Source: Escherichia coli (lineage in GTDB: Bacteria > Pseudomonadota > Gammaproteobacteria > Enterobacterales > Enterobacteriaceae). From it: a stretch of 64,000 nucleotides of DNA. The stretch lies in assembly GCF_044324785.1 (NCBI RefSeq), contig NZ_CP172127.1. The stretch is one strand, 5' to 3'. Position 1 is the stretch's first letter; every line of letters begins with the position of its first letter. This document shows positions 1 through 9,757 of this stretch, one piece after another. A program made the translations under genes and the position numbers. The notes under the pieces are model-generated. The model saw only the letters and a list, made by a program, of their open reading frames with translations. It did not search any database and had not been told where the DNA came from.

Positions 1-569
1 AGATGAAATCCCCACCGGTCCCATCTCACCAGATTGTTGACGATAATTTTACTGCCAAATTTACAGGGGCAATTAGTTTTGTAATTCCAGCTCAATCCCC
101 TGAAGACGTTGATCACCCCTCGCTCAAACACTTCATCTTTGTTCTGGTGCAGTTGTTCAAATGTGCTCAGAATGTTCGCTTCACTGACTTCCGGAAAATT
201 ATCATACTCCAGTGACCGGTACCATGTATCACGGGCCTGTGCATCCATTAAGGAAAGCATCCCTGAACGTTGCATCAGGTCACGCCAGATTTCTCGGTCA
301 AGATTCCGGGTAATGGCTTTCATTGCTGTTTCGGGTTTCTCCATCAGCCAGCAACCGCAGCGAAAATCCTGTTTCATGGCCCAGTCCGGGGCGGTTTTAC
401 CTCCAATACTTTCTGTCATTGATGAGATTTCAGCCAGTTGCCGGATAAGTGTGTCGATTTGCAGCAGTGTACTCTTTCGTACAGCCAGAATGTGGCTGAC
501 TGAGGTTGAGCAGATAACGTCCGTATGCCCGTTGACCACTTCCGGATGGGAGAGTGTGATTGCAGACAT
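1..569 (-). CDS. Hypothetical island protein, partial (C-terminus lies left of window start); possibly DUF4942-like
   Basis: Minus-strand frame opens with ATG at 567-569 (AGGAA RBS upstream) and reads MSAITLSHPEVVNGHTDVICS... without stop to position 1. The + strand ORF 109-594 is a Ser/Cys-rich antisense artefact. Family name is from memory and uncertain. Confidence 0.45.
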   Translation of the reverse strand, partial: MSAITLSHPEVVNGHTDVICSTSVSHILAVRKSTLLQIDTLIRQLAEISSMTESIGGKTAPDWAMKQDFRCGCWLMEKPETAMKAITRNLDREIWRDLMQRSGMLSLMDAQARDTWYRSLEYDNFPEVSEANILSTFEQLHQNKDEVFERGVINVFRGLSWNYKTNCPCKFGSKIIVNNLVRWDRWGFH

Positions 570-589
570 AATTGATATTCCTTTTGGTT

Positions 590-624
590 TATAAACGAAA
601 ACGCCAGCCGTATTCAGGCTGGCG
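590..624 (-). terminator. Putative rho-independent terminator (hairpin CGCCAGCC-N7-GGCTGGCG followed by T-run on minus strand)
   Basis: Inverted repeat 602-624 read directly; minus-strand transcript continues TTTTCGTTT. Lies between the 65-aa ORF and the downstream partial gene. Confidence 0.4.
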
Positions 625-653
625 TCAGTGGAATGAAGTCTGGTGAGTAAGAC

Positions 654-851
654 TCACCTGTTCTGTTGCAGAAGCTGCTGTTGGCGCAGGGTACGGATAT
701 CTTCCCTGGCCTGTTCAATGCAGGGCAGCAGTGCTGCTGAATCCGTTTTATCCTCATCGTTGTCGAAGATAATCCCTGATTCGCAGTCAATATTGTCCTG
801 CAGCCACGCAATCAGAATATCCAGCGCCGTTTCTGTGGTTAATGATTTCAT
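654..851 (-). CDS. Small hypothetical protein (65 aa) in CP4-like module
   Basis: ORF track; acidic small protein MKSLTTETALDILIAWLQDN...; tightly packed with neighbouring island genes on the same strand. Confidence 0.45.
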   Translation of the reverse strand: MKSLTTETALDILIAWLQDNIDCESGIIFDNDEDKTDSAALLPCIEQAREDIRTLRQQQLLQQNR

Positions 852-867
852 GTTGTGAATTTACGGG

Positions 868-1356
868 TTACCAGTCGAAAGTGGGGAACCCCGGCAGACA
901 TTCTGCGCCGGCGTCCAGATGAATGAGACTGACGCCATAACGCCGGGTGAGAGTGACGACCAGACGACGGAACGTTCTTGACAGGCCCAGGCGTTTAAGC
1001 CGCAGAACCGGGTACGACCATGCATCGGTACGTAACAGATAGCCGCTGCCTGTAAAATGAATCCATTCTGTTTCGCCGTCGTCATTAGTCTGGTGTGACA
1101 GCGAGTACAGCCAGGCGTTGTCCGTTTCCGTGATATGTGCGGTACTGCAACGTATGCCGGTAAGGGTTGTTAACGGTGGTGGTGTACTGGTTGACTGCTG
1201 GTCGGATTTATCGACCACGCGGAGTGAATAACCGTTTTCAGAGACCTTGTTAATCAGTTCAGCGAGATTAACACCATCGACGTCAACGACAATGCGCCCC
1301 ATGTTCAGCGCCTGCATGTTAATGCTGTCGGCTTCCGGCGTCAGGGAAAGGTTCAT
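868..1356 (-). CDS. Hypothetical protein immediately downstream of cbtA (YeeW position)
   Basis: ORF track (162 aa); start overlaps cbtA stop by 4 nt (ATGA), suggesting translational coupling. Confidence 0.5.
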   Translation of the reverse strand: MNLSLTPEADSINMQALNMGRIVVDVDGVNLAELINKVSENGYSLRVVDKSDQQSTSTPPPLTTLTGIRCSTAHITETDNAWLYSLSHQTNDDGETEWIHFTGSGYLLRTDAWSYPVLRLKRLGLSRTFRRLVVTLTRRYGVSLIHLDAGAECLPGFPTFDW

Positions 1357-1736
1357 TGTTTCGCCTCCTCCGGATGCTTGCCCAGGGTAATGTTATTTAC
1401 CATTCTGTAATTGTCCCGGGTCATCAGGCCGGTCGCCCTGCGAGCCCGGAGAATATCAATGCTGTTGATTAACTGAGACGACGGGGCTCCTGCGCTGAAT
1501 CCCGGCTGGTCAGTTCGTACCAGCACGTATTTTTCAACGAGAAAGTTCACCGCGTCACACAGTGAAATCCCTGCCTCAATATGCTGCTCAATCACACGTT
1601 CATCAGCGAACGGTGTGTCATTCAACGTAAGGCCATAGTGCTGGTCCAGCAGTCGGGTGAGCAGTGTCTGCCAGATTTCAACCGGAGACGGGCAGCGCGA
1701 TGCCGCCCGTACGTGTGTGTCGGGTAATGTTTTCAT
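1353..1736 (-). CDS. cbtA: CbtA/YeeV-family toxin (type IV toxin-antitoxin, cytoskeleton-targeting)
   Basis: Product from internal ATG at 1734-1736 reads [56 protein letters not shown]..., recognised as YeeV/CbtA family. The track ORF has an upstream extension that is probably not translated. Confidence 0.85.
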   Translation of the reverse strand: MKTLPDTHVRAASRCPSPVEIWQTLLTRLLDQHYGLTLNDTPFADERVIEQHIEAGISLCDAVNFLVEKYVLVRTDQPGFSAGAPSSQLINSIDILRARRATGLMTRDNYRMVNNITLGKHPEEAKQ

Positions 1737-1812
1737 ACTGAAGGTTTTCCTGATATGCAGAGATGAAAAATGGAAAAGTGGCGTGGTGAAAGCACCAGGC
1801 CGGAGCAGAAGG

Positions 1813-2193
1813 CTATTCCGGAGGGTTACTTTCCGTTTCGGTCGCAGGATAAACAGCCAGATAAACGTAACCACAGGAGCCGAGGGTGTCGGCATCGCAG
1901 GTCAGCCCTTTCGCATACAGCGTGACGGTATGCTGATGCCGGGGATTCAGTTCACCGCTGGTGAGCATGAGTTCCAGTTGTTTCATCAGCAGTGGAAAAG
2001 CCTGGTCCAGATGGTATGCATCCGCATTGCTGAACCGGCCTCTGATACCGGCGCGGTCTGCAAGGTAATGCAACCGGTTACCCTCCTGCACCAGACGTGC
2101 CCCGAAACAGGGCGTCACGATGCAGGGCAGCCCCCACCAGGGGCGGTCTTTGTTGTCGTCGGGAAGCGTTGTCCCGGGGAGTGTGTCTGACAC
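1813..2193 (-). CDS. cbeA: CbeA/YeeU-family antitoxin
   Basis: Product [52 protein letters not shown]... matches YeeU family; likely GTG start at 2191-2193 with GAGGA RBS 9 nt upstream. Confidence 0.85.
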   Translation of the reverse strand: MSDTLPGTTLPDDNKDRPWWGLPCIVTPCFGARLVQEGNRLHYLADRAGIRGRFSNADAYHLDQAFPLLMKQLELMLTSGELNPRHQHTVTLYAKGLTCDADTLGSCGYVYLAVYPATETESNPPE

Positions 2194-2203
2194 GATAAAA
2201 TCC

Positions 2204-2887
2204 TCACAGAAAATCGGTGAATGATAGTTTAACGATGACGGGGCAGCCGGCGCGCAGACCGGCTTCGGTGAAGGTATATTCGTTGATGAGAAGGGCCTCA
2301 TCCACAGCGGCGTCTGAGGTCAGCCAGTCGTACTCGTTTTCCAGTTGACGGTACAACCAGAAGGCCAGGTCGCGCAGGGCTTCGCTGACTGCGGCTTCCG
2401 CATCGGTTGTCATAGCCTGACCAGTCGGACTGTTCCGGGTGACGGTGATATCCATGCAGTACGGATGGCAGTAACGTCCCCGGTGGTGGATTTCAGCCTG
2501 CAGTTGCCAGAAGTTACGCTTCTGCACCGCCTGCAGGGCATCCGCGATACGATGAAGCTCACGGTCCTGCGGGGCATACACCCCGACTCTCCTGGCTGTT
2601 GCTGACTGCCAGTGCCAGCGTCCTTCAAAACAGGCTCCGTCCCCCTGGCTGCAGAATCCGCTGAACCAGATGCACGGCTCTTCCATAAACCTGCCGTTGC
2701 TGAGCCGGATAACACGCTGGCGGAGGTCAATCCCGAAAATGCCACAGACCTCCCTGAAGTCCCCATACACGTTTTCATACCAGTTGCTGTCAGCATGATG
2801 CTGACGGTACCAGTCGCGGGCTTTTTCCTGTGCGGTGGAGGATAGCTCATTCAGTGTATACACAGTGGTGGTGATAATTCTGCTCAT
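2204..2887 (-). CDS. Hypothetical protein (227 aa) between YeeT-like gene and antitoxin
   Basis: ORF track; Trp/acidic-rich product MSRIITTTVYTLNELSSTAQEKARDWYRQHHADSNWYENVYGDF...; AAGGG RBS; no family recognised. Confidence 0.5.
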   Translation of the reverse strand: MSRIITTTVYTLNELSSTAQEKARDWYRQHHADSNWYENVYGDFREVCGIFGIDLRQRVIRLSNGRFMEEPCIWFSGFCSQGDGACFEGRWHWQSATARRVGVYAPQDRELHRIADALQAVQKRNFWQLQAEIHHRGRYCHPYCMDITVTRNSPTGQAMTTDAEAAVSEALRDLAFWLYRQLENEYDWLTSDAAVDEALLINEYTFTEAGLRAGCPVIVKLSFTDFL

Positions 2888-2905
2888 CAGAGTGCCCTTA
2901 CTGAC

Positions 2906-3127
2906 TCAGTTCAGAGTGACGTTCATCAGCCGGACATACGGGCCAAAACTGTCCTTACGGCGTTCAGCAAACACGGCCAGCACACCGGGAATATCCTGCA
3001 CTTCACGACCGGTATACGCCTCAGCACTGCCGTGCCAGCGGTATTTGCCGGTACAGAAAGGAAAAAGACGGGATGCCGGATGTTGTTGGTGAATACGCAT
3101 GGCTTCACCACGGGTGATGATTTTCAT
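2906..3127 (-). CDS. yeeT: YeeT/YkfH/YpjJ-family protein (DUF987)
   Basis: 73-aa product MKIITRGEAMRIHQQHPASRLFPFCTGKYRWHGSAEAYTGREVQDIPGVLAVFAERRKDSFGPYVRLMNVTLN recognised. Confidence 0.85.
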   Translation of the reverse strand: MKIITRGEAMRIHQQHPASRLFPFCTGKYRWHGSAEAYTGREVQDIPGVLAVFAERRKDSFGPYVRLMNVTLN

Positions 3128-3189
3128 AGTGTGATACCTCTGAAGACAGAAGATAAAAGTGCAAACAAGCGTGATGTGGTTGTGACGGG

Positions 3190-3666
3190 TTAAAGCAGAC
3201 CATGTTCGGCAAAGGAGAAAACCTGGTTGCCACCGACTATCAGATGGTCCGGCACCCGGATATCCACCAGGCCCAGTGCCTGTACCAGACGTTCCGTGAT
3301 AAGGCGGTCTGCCTTGCTGGGTGTGACTTCACCGGACGGGTGATTGTGCGCCAGCACCACGGCAGCGGCATTGTGGTACAGGGCGCGTTTAATCACTTCC
3401 CGGGGATGGACTTCCGTGCGGTTGATGGTGCCGGTGAAGAGGGTTTCACCGGCAATCAGCTGATTCTGGTTGTTCAGATACAGCACCCGGAATTCTTCAC
3501 GCTCCAGTCCCGCCATGTTCAGAATCAGCCATTCCCGTGCCGCACGGGTGGAGGTGAAGGCCACGCCGGGTTCATGAAGATGGCGGTCCAGAGTTTTCAG
3601 GGCCCGCAGAATGAGACTGCGCTCGCCGGGCGTCATCTCTCCGGGCAGAAAGGAAAGCTGCTGCAT
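3190..3666 (-). CDS. yeeS: RadC-like JAB-domain protein (YeeS/YkfG/YfjY family)
   Basis: Product MQQLSFLPGEMTPGERSLILRAL... with HNHPSG JAMM-type motif; GGAGG RBS favours ATG at 3664-3666 over the ATG at 3681. Confidence 0.85.
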   Translation of the reverse strand: MQQLSFLPGEMTPGERSLILRALKTLDRHLHEPGVAFTSTRAAREWLILNMAGLEREEFRVLYLNNQNQLIAGETLFTGTINRTEVHPREVIKRALYHNAAAVVLAHNHPSGEVTPSKADRLITERLVQALGLVDIRVPDHLIVGGNQVFSFAEHGLL

Positions 3667-3681
3667 TGTCCCTGCCTCCAT

Positions 3682-4167
3682 TCAGTCGATGATGCGCATA
3701 ATGGCGCTGCATTCCGGATGCTGCAGGGCGTAATCCCGCAGCCGGTAATAATGGACCGTCATGGCATAACACTCCGTACGACAGGCGTGATGACTGTACG
3801 TCATCAGACAGGCAGCAATGCCGGCAGCTTCCGGACTCATTTCAGCGCGGTTACCGTTCATGGCATTGAACAGTACCCATGTTTCGTCATCATCGTCATC
3901 CGGTTCGGGTGCCATAAATGCCCCGCCGTTGTTCAGGGTGTACAGATTCCAGATACCACCGCAGTAGTCTTCACACAGACGGTCCATCCAGCCGAAGACA
4001 CGGGGCTCCAGGGCCACCCACTGTGGAATGAGGCCAAAGTGCTGCGGCCAGAAGCTGATGCGCTGTTCATCAGGGACTATGGTGGCAACCAGCTGAGGCT
4101 GGTCATTCCCTGATGCAGCGGTTACGGAAACAGAAGGAGTGGTGGAATTATGCAAGACGGTTGTCAT
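3682..4167 (-). CDS. Antirestriction protein (KlcA/ArdB-like, YfjX family)
   Basis: 161-aa product with acidic DDDDDE stretch and C-terminal YRLRDYALQHPECSAIMRIID typical of CP4-type antirestriction proteins; AAGGA RBS. Confidence 0.75.
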   Translation of the reverse strand: MTTVLHNSTTPSVSVTAASGNDQPQLVATIVPDEQRISFWPQHFGLIPQWVALEPRVFGWMDRLCEDYCGGIWNLYTLNNGGAFMAPEPDDDDDETWVLFNAMNGNRAEMSPEAAGIAACLMTYSHHACRTECYAMTVHYYRLRDYALQHPECSAIMRIID

Positions 4168-4258
4168 GAGATTATTCCTTATAAAAAGTAAATGAATGGA
4201 AGAAATCCCGGGGGAAGGGACAGACGTGAGTCAGAACTGCGCTTTCAGGGAAACGGCA

Positions 4259-5077
4259 TCAGCGCATACTCTCCAGCAGCGTTTCAGCCATCACCCACAA
4301 TGCGCGGTTGAGCTTAATGTCGGTGTCGATGCTGTGAATGGCACGGGTATGGATACGTTTTCCTCTGGCACTGCGACCGGAAATCCCGCCTTTCAGCATA
4401 TTCTCCTGAATGGTCTGATAAGCACTCCACAGGTCCTTACCGTAATCCTCCCGGCGTCGTGGCGTCAGAATGTCGGCGGTGGTGACGGGCCGATGTTCGT
4501 CACCATAACGGTAAGTCAGTGCCGCCTGTGCCAGCGCCTGGCGTGCCGGTGGCGGCAGAATCAGCGACTGCATGGCATCACGCTTTTCCTCAATCCGGTC
4601 AAAAACCCCCACCACCTCGTAAGCCCCTTCAATAACTTTCTCCACCACATTTCCCCGGTGCGGAACACGCACTTCCCCCAGAGACTGACCACAGACGCAT
4701 CCGTTCTGACAGACGAACCTGAAGTAACCCGGCAGCATCTGGTAGCTGGAGGTACCGTCATGGGAGTTGAGCAGAATGATTTCAGGGACATGTTCTCCGT
4801 TTATCTCTCCGGCCCGCCGCAGACGCAGCATATGTTTTGTGTATCCCCGGCGGCCCGGGTCGCGCACACGGGTCTGGCAGGCGAAGAATGGCTGAAAGCC
4901 TTCCCGCTGCAGGCTTTCCAGTACGGTGATGGTGGGAATGTACGCATATCGTTTACTGCGGGAAGTATGCCGGTCTTCACCGAAAATACTGGGAACATAG
5001 TGCATCAGTTCTTCGTGTGTCAGCGGACGGTCACGGCGTATCTGGTTCGTATAACCAAAACGACTGGCTAGTCGCAT
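4259..5077 (-). CDS. DUF932-like protein (YfjQ/YafZ family) of CP4-like elements
   Basis: 272-aa ORF with strong AAGGAG RBS; family assignment from recalled similarity. Confidence 0.65.
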   Translation of the reverse strand: MRLASRFGYTNQIRRDRPLTHEELMHYVPSIFGEDRHTSRSKRYAYIPTITVLESLQREGFQPFFACQTRVRDPGRRGYTKHMLRLRRAGEINGEHVPEIILLNSHDGTSSYQMLPGYFRFVCQNGCVCGQSLGEVRVPHRGNVVEKVIEGAYEVVGVFDRIEEKRDAMQSLILPPPARQALAQAALTYRYGDEHRPVTTADILTPRRREDYGKDLWSAYQTIQENMLKGGISGRSARGKRIHTRAIHSIDTDIKLNRALWVMAETLLESMR

Positions 5078-5350
5078 AATTTGCTCCTTATGAATGAGTT
5101 AGCGGTATAAATGAAAAAGCCGCGTCTCCCGGAGAAGACACGGCCTGACAGATGAAATGAATGACGTTTATTGTCTGAGAAGCCCTTCACTGGCGAGCTG
5201 CGTATTTTTATGGAAGGAGATCACCCAATAACCCCATCGGGATCGGGTAATAACCGGCCAGACTGTGATCGATTCAGATGCCATTTGGCAGCAAAAGAGC
5301 CTTCGGCAATAAACGTGATGTACAACCCGGCATATCTGTTACTCCCTGAA

Positions 5351-5382
5351 AGTAAAAGGCCCCGGTCATTATGACCGGGGCC
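5351..5382 (-). terminator. Rho-independent terminator downstream of Ag43 gene
   Basis: Hairpin GGCCCCGGTCA-TTA-TGACCGGGGCC at 5358-5382; T-run on the minus-strand transcript. Confidence 0.6.
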
Positions 5383-5403
5383 TGAAGGGGAGTGACCTGA
5401 TTA

Positions 5404-8250
5404 TCAGAAAGTCACATTCAGCGTGGCCTGACCGTTATAGCCTTCGGCGCTGCTGCCGCTGACGCTGTGGGCATAACCGGCCTGAACGCCCAGGGTGATA
5501 TTTTCCCGGACACGGGCTTCCAGTCCGGCCTGCAGGTCCAGTGACGTGCCATTCTGGGACGGTGAGAACGTCATGTTACTGCCGGCGGCGGCTGTCCCCA
5601 TGCTCATGTCACCCCGGGAACTGAAGGTGCGGATAACAGAAGGCTGTACCCACCAGTTCACCGGCAGTTCACGCACACGGTGTTTTGCACTGTCGCGCAG
5701 GGTGTCACGGGATGAGGTGCCTTCACCAAAGCTCATATCGTTGTGGCTGCCCAGACGGAAGCCGGCACGCATATGTTGTGCACTGCCATGCCCGAACTTC
5801 ACATAACCGGCGTTATCCTGGCCGTCATCCAGGGAAAGTCCCTGCCAGGTGTACTGCAGTTGTGGTTCCAGCATCAGGTTGTCAGTGATACTGAAGGGCA
5901 GACCGGTTTCCAGTGAGCCCAGCCAGCCCCAGCCCCGGGCGCGGAAGTCGTTATTGTCCGATGACGCTTTCATGCTGTGGCGGGTTCCCTGTGCCATAAT
6001 GTCAGCCCACAGGCCGGAGGACGTGTGTACCAGATTCAGGTATCCGCCCAGGCTGCCGGCATCATCCCGGACCGTGCCGGCGCGGGAGCCGTCATCATCC
6101 TTAACATCAACGGAAGAATGGCCAGCAGCACTATATACCCCCGCGGTCACAGACATACCGGCAACCTCTGTTCTCAGCAGGTCACTCTCCAGACGGACGA
6201 AGCCATAGCTGCCGCTGCTTTCCGGCGTGGCCCCACGGGCAATACCGCCGTTGTTATCGTGACCGAGATGACCGCCCTGAATGCTGAGACGGACGCTGTT
6301 ATTTTCACCGTTTACACCGGTCTGATGGCTGCGGGAGCCTGCCAGAATCCGGTCATAGTCCATTGCCTGTGTCAGCATGGAGGCATACAGGGGGACTTCA
6401 GCACGATAAGCATTTTCACTGCGCAGGTACCAGTCTTCATCGCTGTCACGGTTCAGGGTGTAGTTAAAGGCACCGGCCTGAAGCGGGCGACTCAGGGCAA
6501 ACGCACCTTCTTCTGTGGTGGCACCATTCTGTGCATCCACAACCCGGATACCCTGTCCGGAAGTTGCCACCCCGAGGTTACTGTTTCCGACATTTGTGAA
6601 CGCAAGCCAGGTTTTGCCGGTTGCCTGACCACCATTAATCACCAGCTGGTCAGAGGCATTGCTGCCATCAAGGCGAACACGCATATTGATGGTGCCACCC
6701 TGACCGGTGAGGTTACTGGTGGTCAGTTTATGGAACGTTACCGGGGCGTCGCCTTTTGCAACAGCACGGCTCAGGACGGCATCCTGTGTCGTCTGATTAT
6801 CAAAGCGAATCTCCCCTGCGTTAACAATATCGCCGGTACTGACCACATCACCATTCAGTACCATGCTGGCGCCTTTACTGAGCTGTGTTCTGCCACTCAG
6901 ACTTCCCCCGGCAGCCAGCGTCAGTGTTCCACGATGTCCGACAGTGGTGTTGCCAGCCTGTCCCCCGGCATTAACCGTAAAGCTGCCGCCATTTTCCAGC
7001 AGCAGGCCGCTGGCCTGACCGGATATGCCATCAATACTGAACTTACCGCTGGCATTGGTCCCCTCAACAGTGGCACCACTGTCTGCAATCAGGGCACCAC
7101 CGGATGTCATGGTGACACCTGTCGCCTTACCACCGGCAGACACTGCCAGGGTACCGCCGTCATCCACCCGTGTTTTCTGCGCTGAATGACCCTCCAGTAC
7201 ATCCAGACGACCGCCGGACTCCAGAACAACACCGTCAGCCTTACCGTTTTCCACCGCGAAATTGCCCAGACGGTTGCTGCCGGTGACGGTTGCCGCCGTA
7301 CTGGTGACCAGTGCGCCTCCCTGCTTCAGGGTGACATTCGTGGCTGTACCACCGGCGTTCACCTGCAGTTTGCCTTTCTGGTTAACGGTGGTGAAATCCG
7401 CCAGACCACCTTCCTTGATAATCTGCCAGCCGTCACTGTTCACAACAGTGTCAGACGTTGTACCGCCGTTGTGTACATACTGGTTACCGCCATTCAGCGT
7501 GGTATCCAGTGCGTGGCCATGTACCGTCTGGTCGCCGCCGGCATAAACCACAGTGGTATTTGCTGTTCCTTCAACAGTCACAATCTGACGACCATTTTTA
7601 TTGATGGTGGTACGTACGGCATTTCCGCGAACAAACTGCCCGGTATCACCATTTTCTGCATCCGGTCCTCCTTCTGCGCCGGTATTCACAACGGTGTCTG
7701 TTGCCACTGCGCCGGGTTTGACGACCTGCCAGCCCTTATCATTAATGACGGTTCCTGTGGCTATCGCACCTTCATGCATCCACTGCTCGCCACCATTCAG
7801 CGTGGTGTTCAGTGCCAGTCCCTTCAGGCTTTGTCCGCCTCCTTCATTGATTATTGTGTCTGTAGCCTTTCCCCCGGCACCTACAAACTGGAGCCCGCCG
7901 CTGCTGATGGTGGTATTACTGGCTGTGCCGCCATCCTGTACCCATTGCCCGCCGGTATTGGCCTCGTTATCCGTCCCATACTCCAGCCCGGTACTGATGG
8001 TCATTCCGTTGGTCGTACCGAAGACAATCTGGTTGTCATGATTTGTCAGTGTTCCGCCGTTCACGGTTTCTCCCGCCTCTACAACCGTGTCAGCAGCCAG
8101 TGCCGGGACTGGCGTGACAGCAGCAAGAGACAGCGCAACCGCCACACCGGCGCGTTTTCCCCGTGAGCGGGCCAGTTCGGAAGCCACCACCAGGGTGCCC
8201 GTAATGTGATTCCATACCAGCCTGTAGCTGGTGTTCAGATGTCGTTTCAT
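5404..8250 (-). CDS. flu: Antigen 43 (Ag43) self-associating autotransporter adhesin
   Basis: Product from ATG at 8248-8250 reads MKRHLNTSYRLVWNHITGTLVVASELARSRGKRAGVAVALSLAAV... (Ag43 signal and passenger); repetitive beta-helix passenger and C-terminal beta-barrel ending ...ATLNVTF; AAGGA RBS. Confidence 0.9.
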   Translation of the reverse strand: MKRHLNTSYRLVWNHITGTLVVASELARSRGKRAGVAVALSLAAVTPVPALAADTVVEAGETVNGGTLTNHDNQIVFGTTNGMTISTGLEYGTDNEANTGGQWVQDGGTASNTTISSGGLQFVGAGGKATDTIINEGGGQSLKGLALNTTLNGGEQWMHEGAIATGTVINDKGWQVVKPGAVATDTVVNTGAEGGPDAENGDTGQFVRGNAVRTTINKNGRQIVTVEGTANTTVVYAGGDQTVHGHALDTTLNGGNQYVHNGGTTSDTVVNSDGWQIIKEGGLADFTTVNQKGKLQVNAGGTATNVTLKQGGALVTSTAATVTGSNRLGNFAVENGKADGVVLESGGRLDVLEGHSAQKTRVDDGGTLAVSAGGKATGVTMTSGGALIADSGATVEGTNASGKFSIDGISGQASGLLLENGGSFTVNAGGQAGNTTVGHRGTLTLAAGGSLSGRTQLSKGASMVLNGDVVSTGDIVNAGEIRFDNQTTQDAVLSRAVAKGDAPVTFHKLTTSNLTGQGGTINMRVRLDGSNASDQLVINGGQATGKTWLAFTNVGNSNLGVATSGQGIRVVDAQNGATTEEGAFALSRPLQAGAFNYTLNRDSDEDWYLRSENAYRAEVPLYASMLTQAMDYDRILAGSRSHQTGVNGENNSVRLSIQGGHLGHDNNGGIARGATPESSGSYGFVRLESDLLRTEVAGMSVTAGVYSAAGHSSVDVKDDDGSRAGTVRDDAGSLGGYLNLVHTSSGLWADIMAQGTRHSMKASSDNNDFRARGWGWLGSLETGLPFSITDNLMLEPQLQYTWQGLSLDDGQDNAGYVKFGHGSAQHMRAGFRLGSHNDMSFGEGTSSRDTLRDSAKHRVRELPVNWWVQPSVIRTFSSRGDMSMGTAAAGSNMTFSPSQNGTSLDLQAGLEARVRENITLGVQAGYAHSVSGSSAEGYNGQATLNVTF

Positions 8251-8459
8251 CAGCTTTTCCTTACAGAGGGTGAATAAAAAAGCCGGTACCCACAAATGTG
8301 GATACCGGCAGGTACAAAACAGCATGGTCAGATAAAGTGGTTTTTCCCGGACATAAATGCTTCCCCTCTCTCATCCGCCAGAGAAGTATCAGTCCGTTGT
8401 GTGCAATTCCGTTCTGCATGATGAAGAGATTCAGCTGCCTTTTCGCAGACCATTAACCA

Positions 8460-8510
8460 CCATAAACGATCGATGACAACGATCGATACCTGTTTTATCG
8501 ATCGTTTTAT
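8460..8510 (-). promoter_or_regulatory. agn43 phase-variation switch: three GATC (Dam) sites in the OxyR-binding leader region
   Basis: GATC at 8468, 8481 and 8500 within AAACGATCGATGACAACGATCGATACCTGTTTTATCGATCG, about 220-250 nt upstream of the flu start. The same yeeP-flu interval may also hold an IsrC-like sRNA (not verified). Confidence 0.7.
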
Positions 8511-8621
8511 TCTATTAACAGCAAGGCAGTCACGCAAGAGAAAGAGGTGGGTATGAGGTGTTTGTATCATGTTTTCAGTTGGTTAACGCAATGTAATCAG
8601 GCATTTCCCCTGGCAGAATGT

Positions 8622-9494
8622 TCAGAAGAAAATCCAGTTCCATACAGCGCGGGCAACAGAGACCACCGTGTCACGGACGACACGCAGAACCGTACGAGCC
8701 ACAGAGGCAACACAGACGCTCTCCGCCGTGTCAAATATCCGGTCCACCGCACCGGTAAACTGTTCACGGGCCTGCCCCCGGACAGATTCCGTGCACAGCT
8801 CGTCCTGCAGGCGGGTCATCAGGGGACTGGCGGCATGGTCGGGAAGTGCTGTCATGAGCGCACTGACCAGCGTATCCAGTTCCCAGCCGGTGCGGGCCGA
8901 TACGGCCACAACCGGATGTACGGGCCGGAACAGACGGAATACCGCCTCCGTTTTTTCGCGAATGTTCTGTGCCTGTGCGGGAGAAGGCTGAATACCGGCC
9001 ATATCCCATTCATGGCAGGGCTCCGTTTTATCGGCCTGCGTCACCACAAACAGCACCTGCTGATGTCCCCGGTGCAGGATGTGTCGCCAGAAATACTCAT
9101 CCACAGACAGGGCACGGTCATCGGCTTTAATCAGCCACAGTACCAGGTCAAGTTCAGGCAGAATGTCACGGTACAGGGCTTCATACTCTGCATCCCTGTC
9201 CCGGCTCTCGCCCACCCCGGGCAGGTCAGTGATAACCATGCTGTGACCGTGGCCACTCAGACGGAAGCGCCGCACTTCCCGGGTGCCGGCGTGAACATCA
9301 CTGACCGGGGTGACCTCCCCCTGAAACAGTGCATTACAGAGTGAGGATTTACCGGCCCCGCTTTTCCCCATAATGCCAATCACGGGTTCGTGACTGGTGA
9401 GTTTACGCAGATGTTCCAGGATGTGACGGGAAAGTGAGTAAGGCAGGGAAGAAAGTGGTTTTTCAATTGCCTCAATGGCATCAGACGGATTCAT
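8622..9494 (-). CDS. yeeP: YeeP/YkfA/YfjP-family GTPase
   Basis: P-loop GIMGKSGAGKSS and GTPase motifs (DLPG, TQADK); ATG at 9492-9494 has a GGGA RBS, whereas the track's GTG start at 9533 has none. Confidence 0.8.
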   Translation of the reverse strand: MNPSDAIEAIEKPLSSLPYSLSRHILEHLRKLTSHEPVIGIMGKSGAGKSSLCNALFQGEVTPVSDVHAGTREVRRFRLSGHGHSMVITDLPGVGESRDRDAEYEALYRDILPELDLVLWLIKADDRALSVDEYFWRHILHRGHQQVLFVVTQADKTEPCHEWDMAGIQPSPAQAQNIREKTEAVFRLFRPVHPVVAVSARTGWELDTLVSALMTALPDHAASPLMTRLQDELCTESVRGQAREQFTGAVDRIFDTAESVCVASVARTVLRVVRDTVVSVARAVWNWIFF

Positions 9495-9757
9495 ACATGT
9501 ATTCCCGGTGAAAAAAGACAAAACCCCGCGCACCGGAAAGGTGGCGGGGGATTCACGGAGATAATATCTGTCTGAAATTATTTAGAATGCACCTGGTGCA
9601 CTGCAAAGGAAAGGCAATATTCCGTTCCTCCTCCTTGTCGTGAATACCCCAGGTATCTCACAATGTACACCGACTTACTCCGGGGCTGCCTGAACCACAA
9701 GATTGCTGTAGAATTGCCCCCAATGATTCAGGTCCAAACCAGGAAAATGGATTAAAA

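Noticed and set aside
109-594. Plus-strand 161-aa ORF at the window start
   Set aside because: Ser/Cys/Arg-rich product; the minus strand carries a convincing gene with RBS over the same interval.
3202-5071. Plus-strand ORFs of 303 aa (3202-4113) and 291 aa (4196-5071)
   Set aside because: Antisense to the RadC-like, antirestriction and DUF932-like genes, which have RBSs and recognisable products; compositionally odd products.
5977-8166. Long plus-strand ORFs (402 aa, 326 aa and others) overlapping the Ag43 gene
   Set aside because: They are antisense to a well-supported autotransporter gene; the products are low-complexity (Gly/Ala/Thr/Cys-rich) with no start context. Typical antisense artefacts of a GC-rich repetitive gene.
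8547-9344. Plus-strand 265-aa ORF and minus-strand 81-aa ORF inside the yeeP-like gene
   Set aside because: Overlap the GTPase gene in other frames or strand; no motifs; judged spurious.
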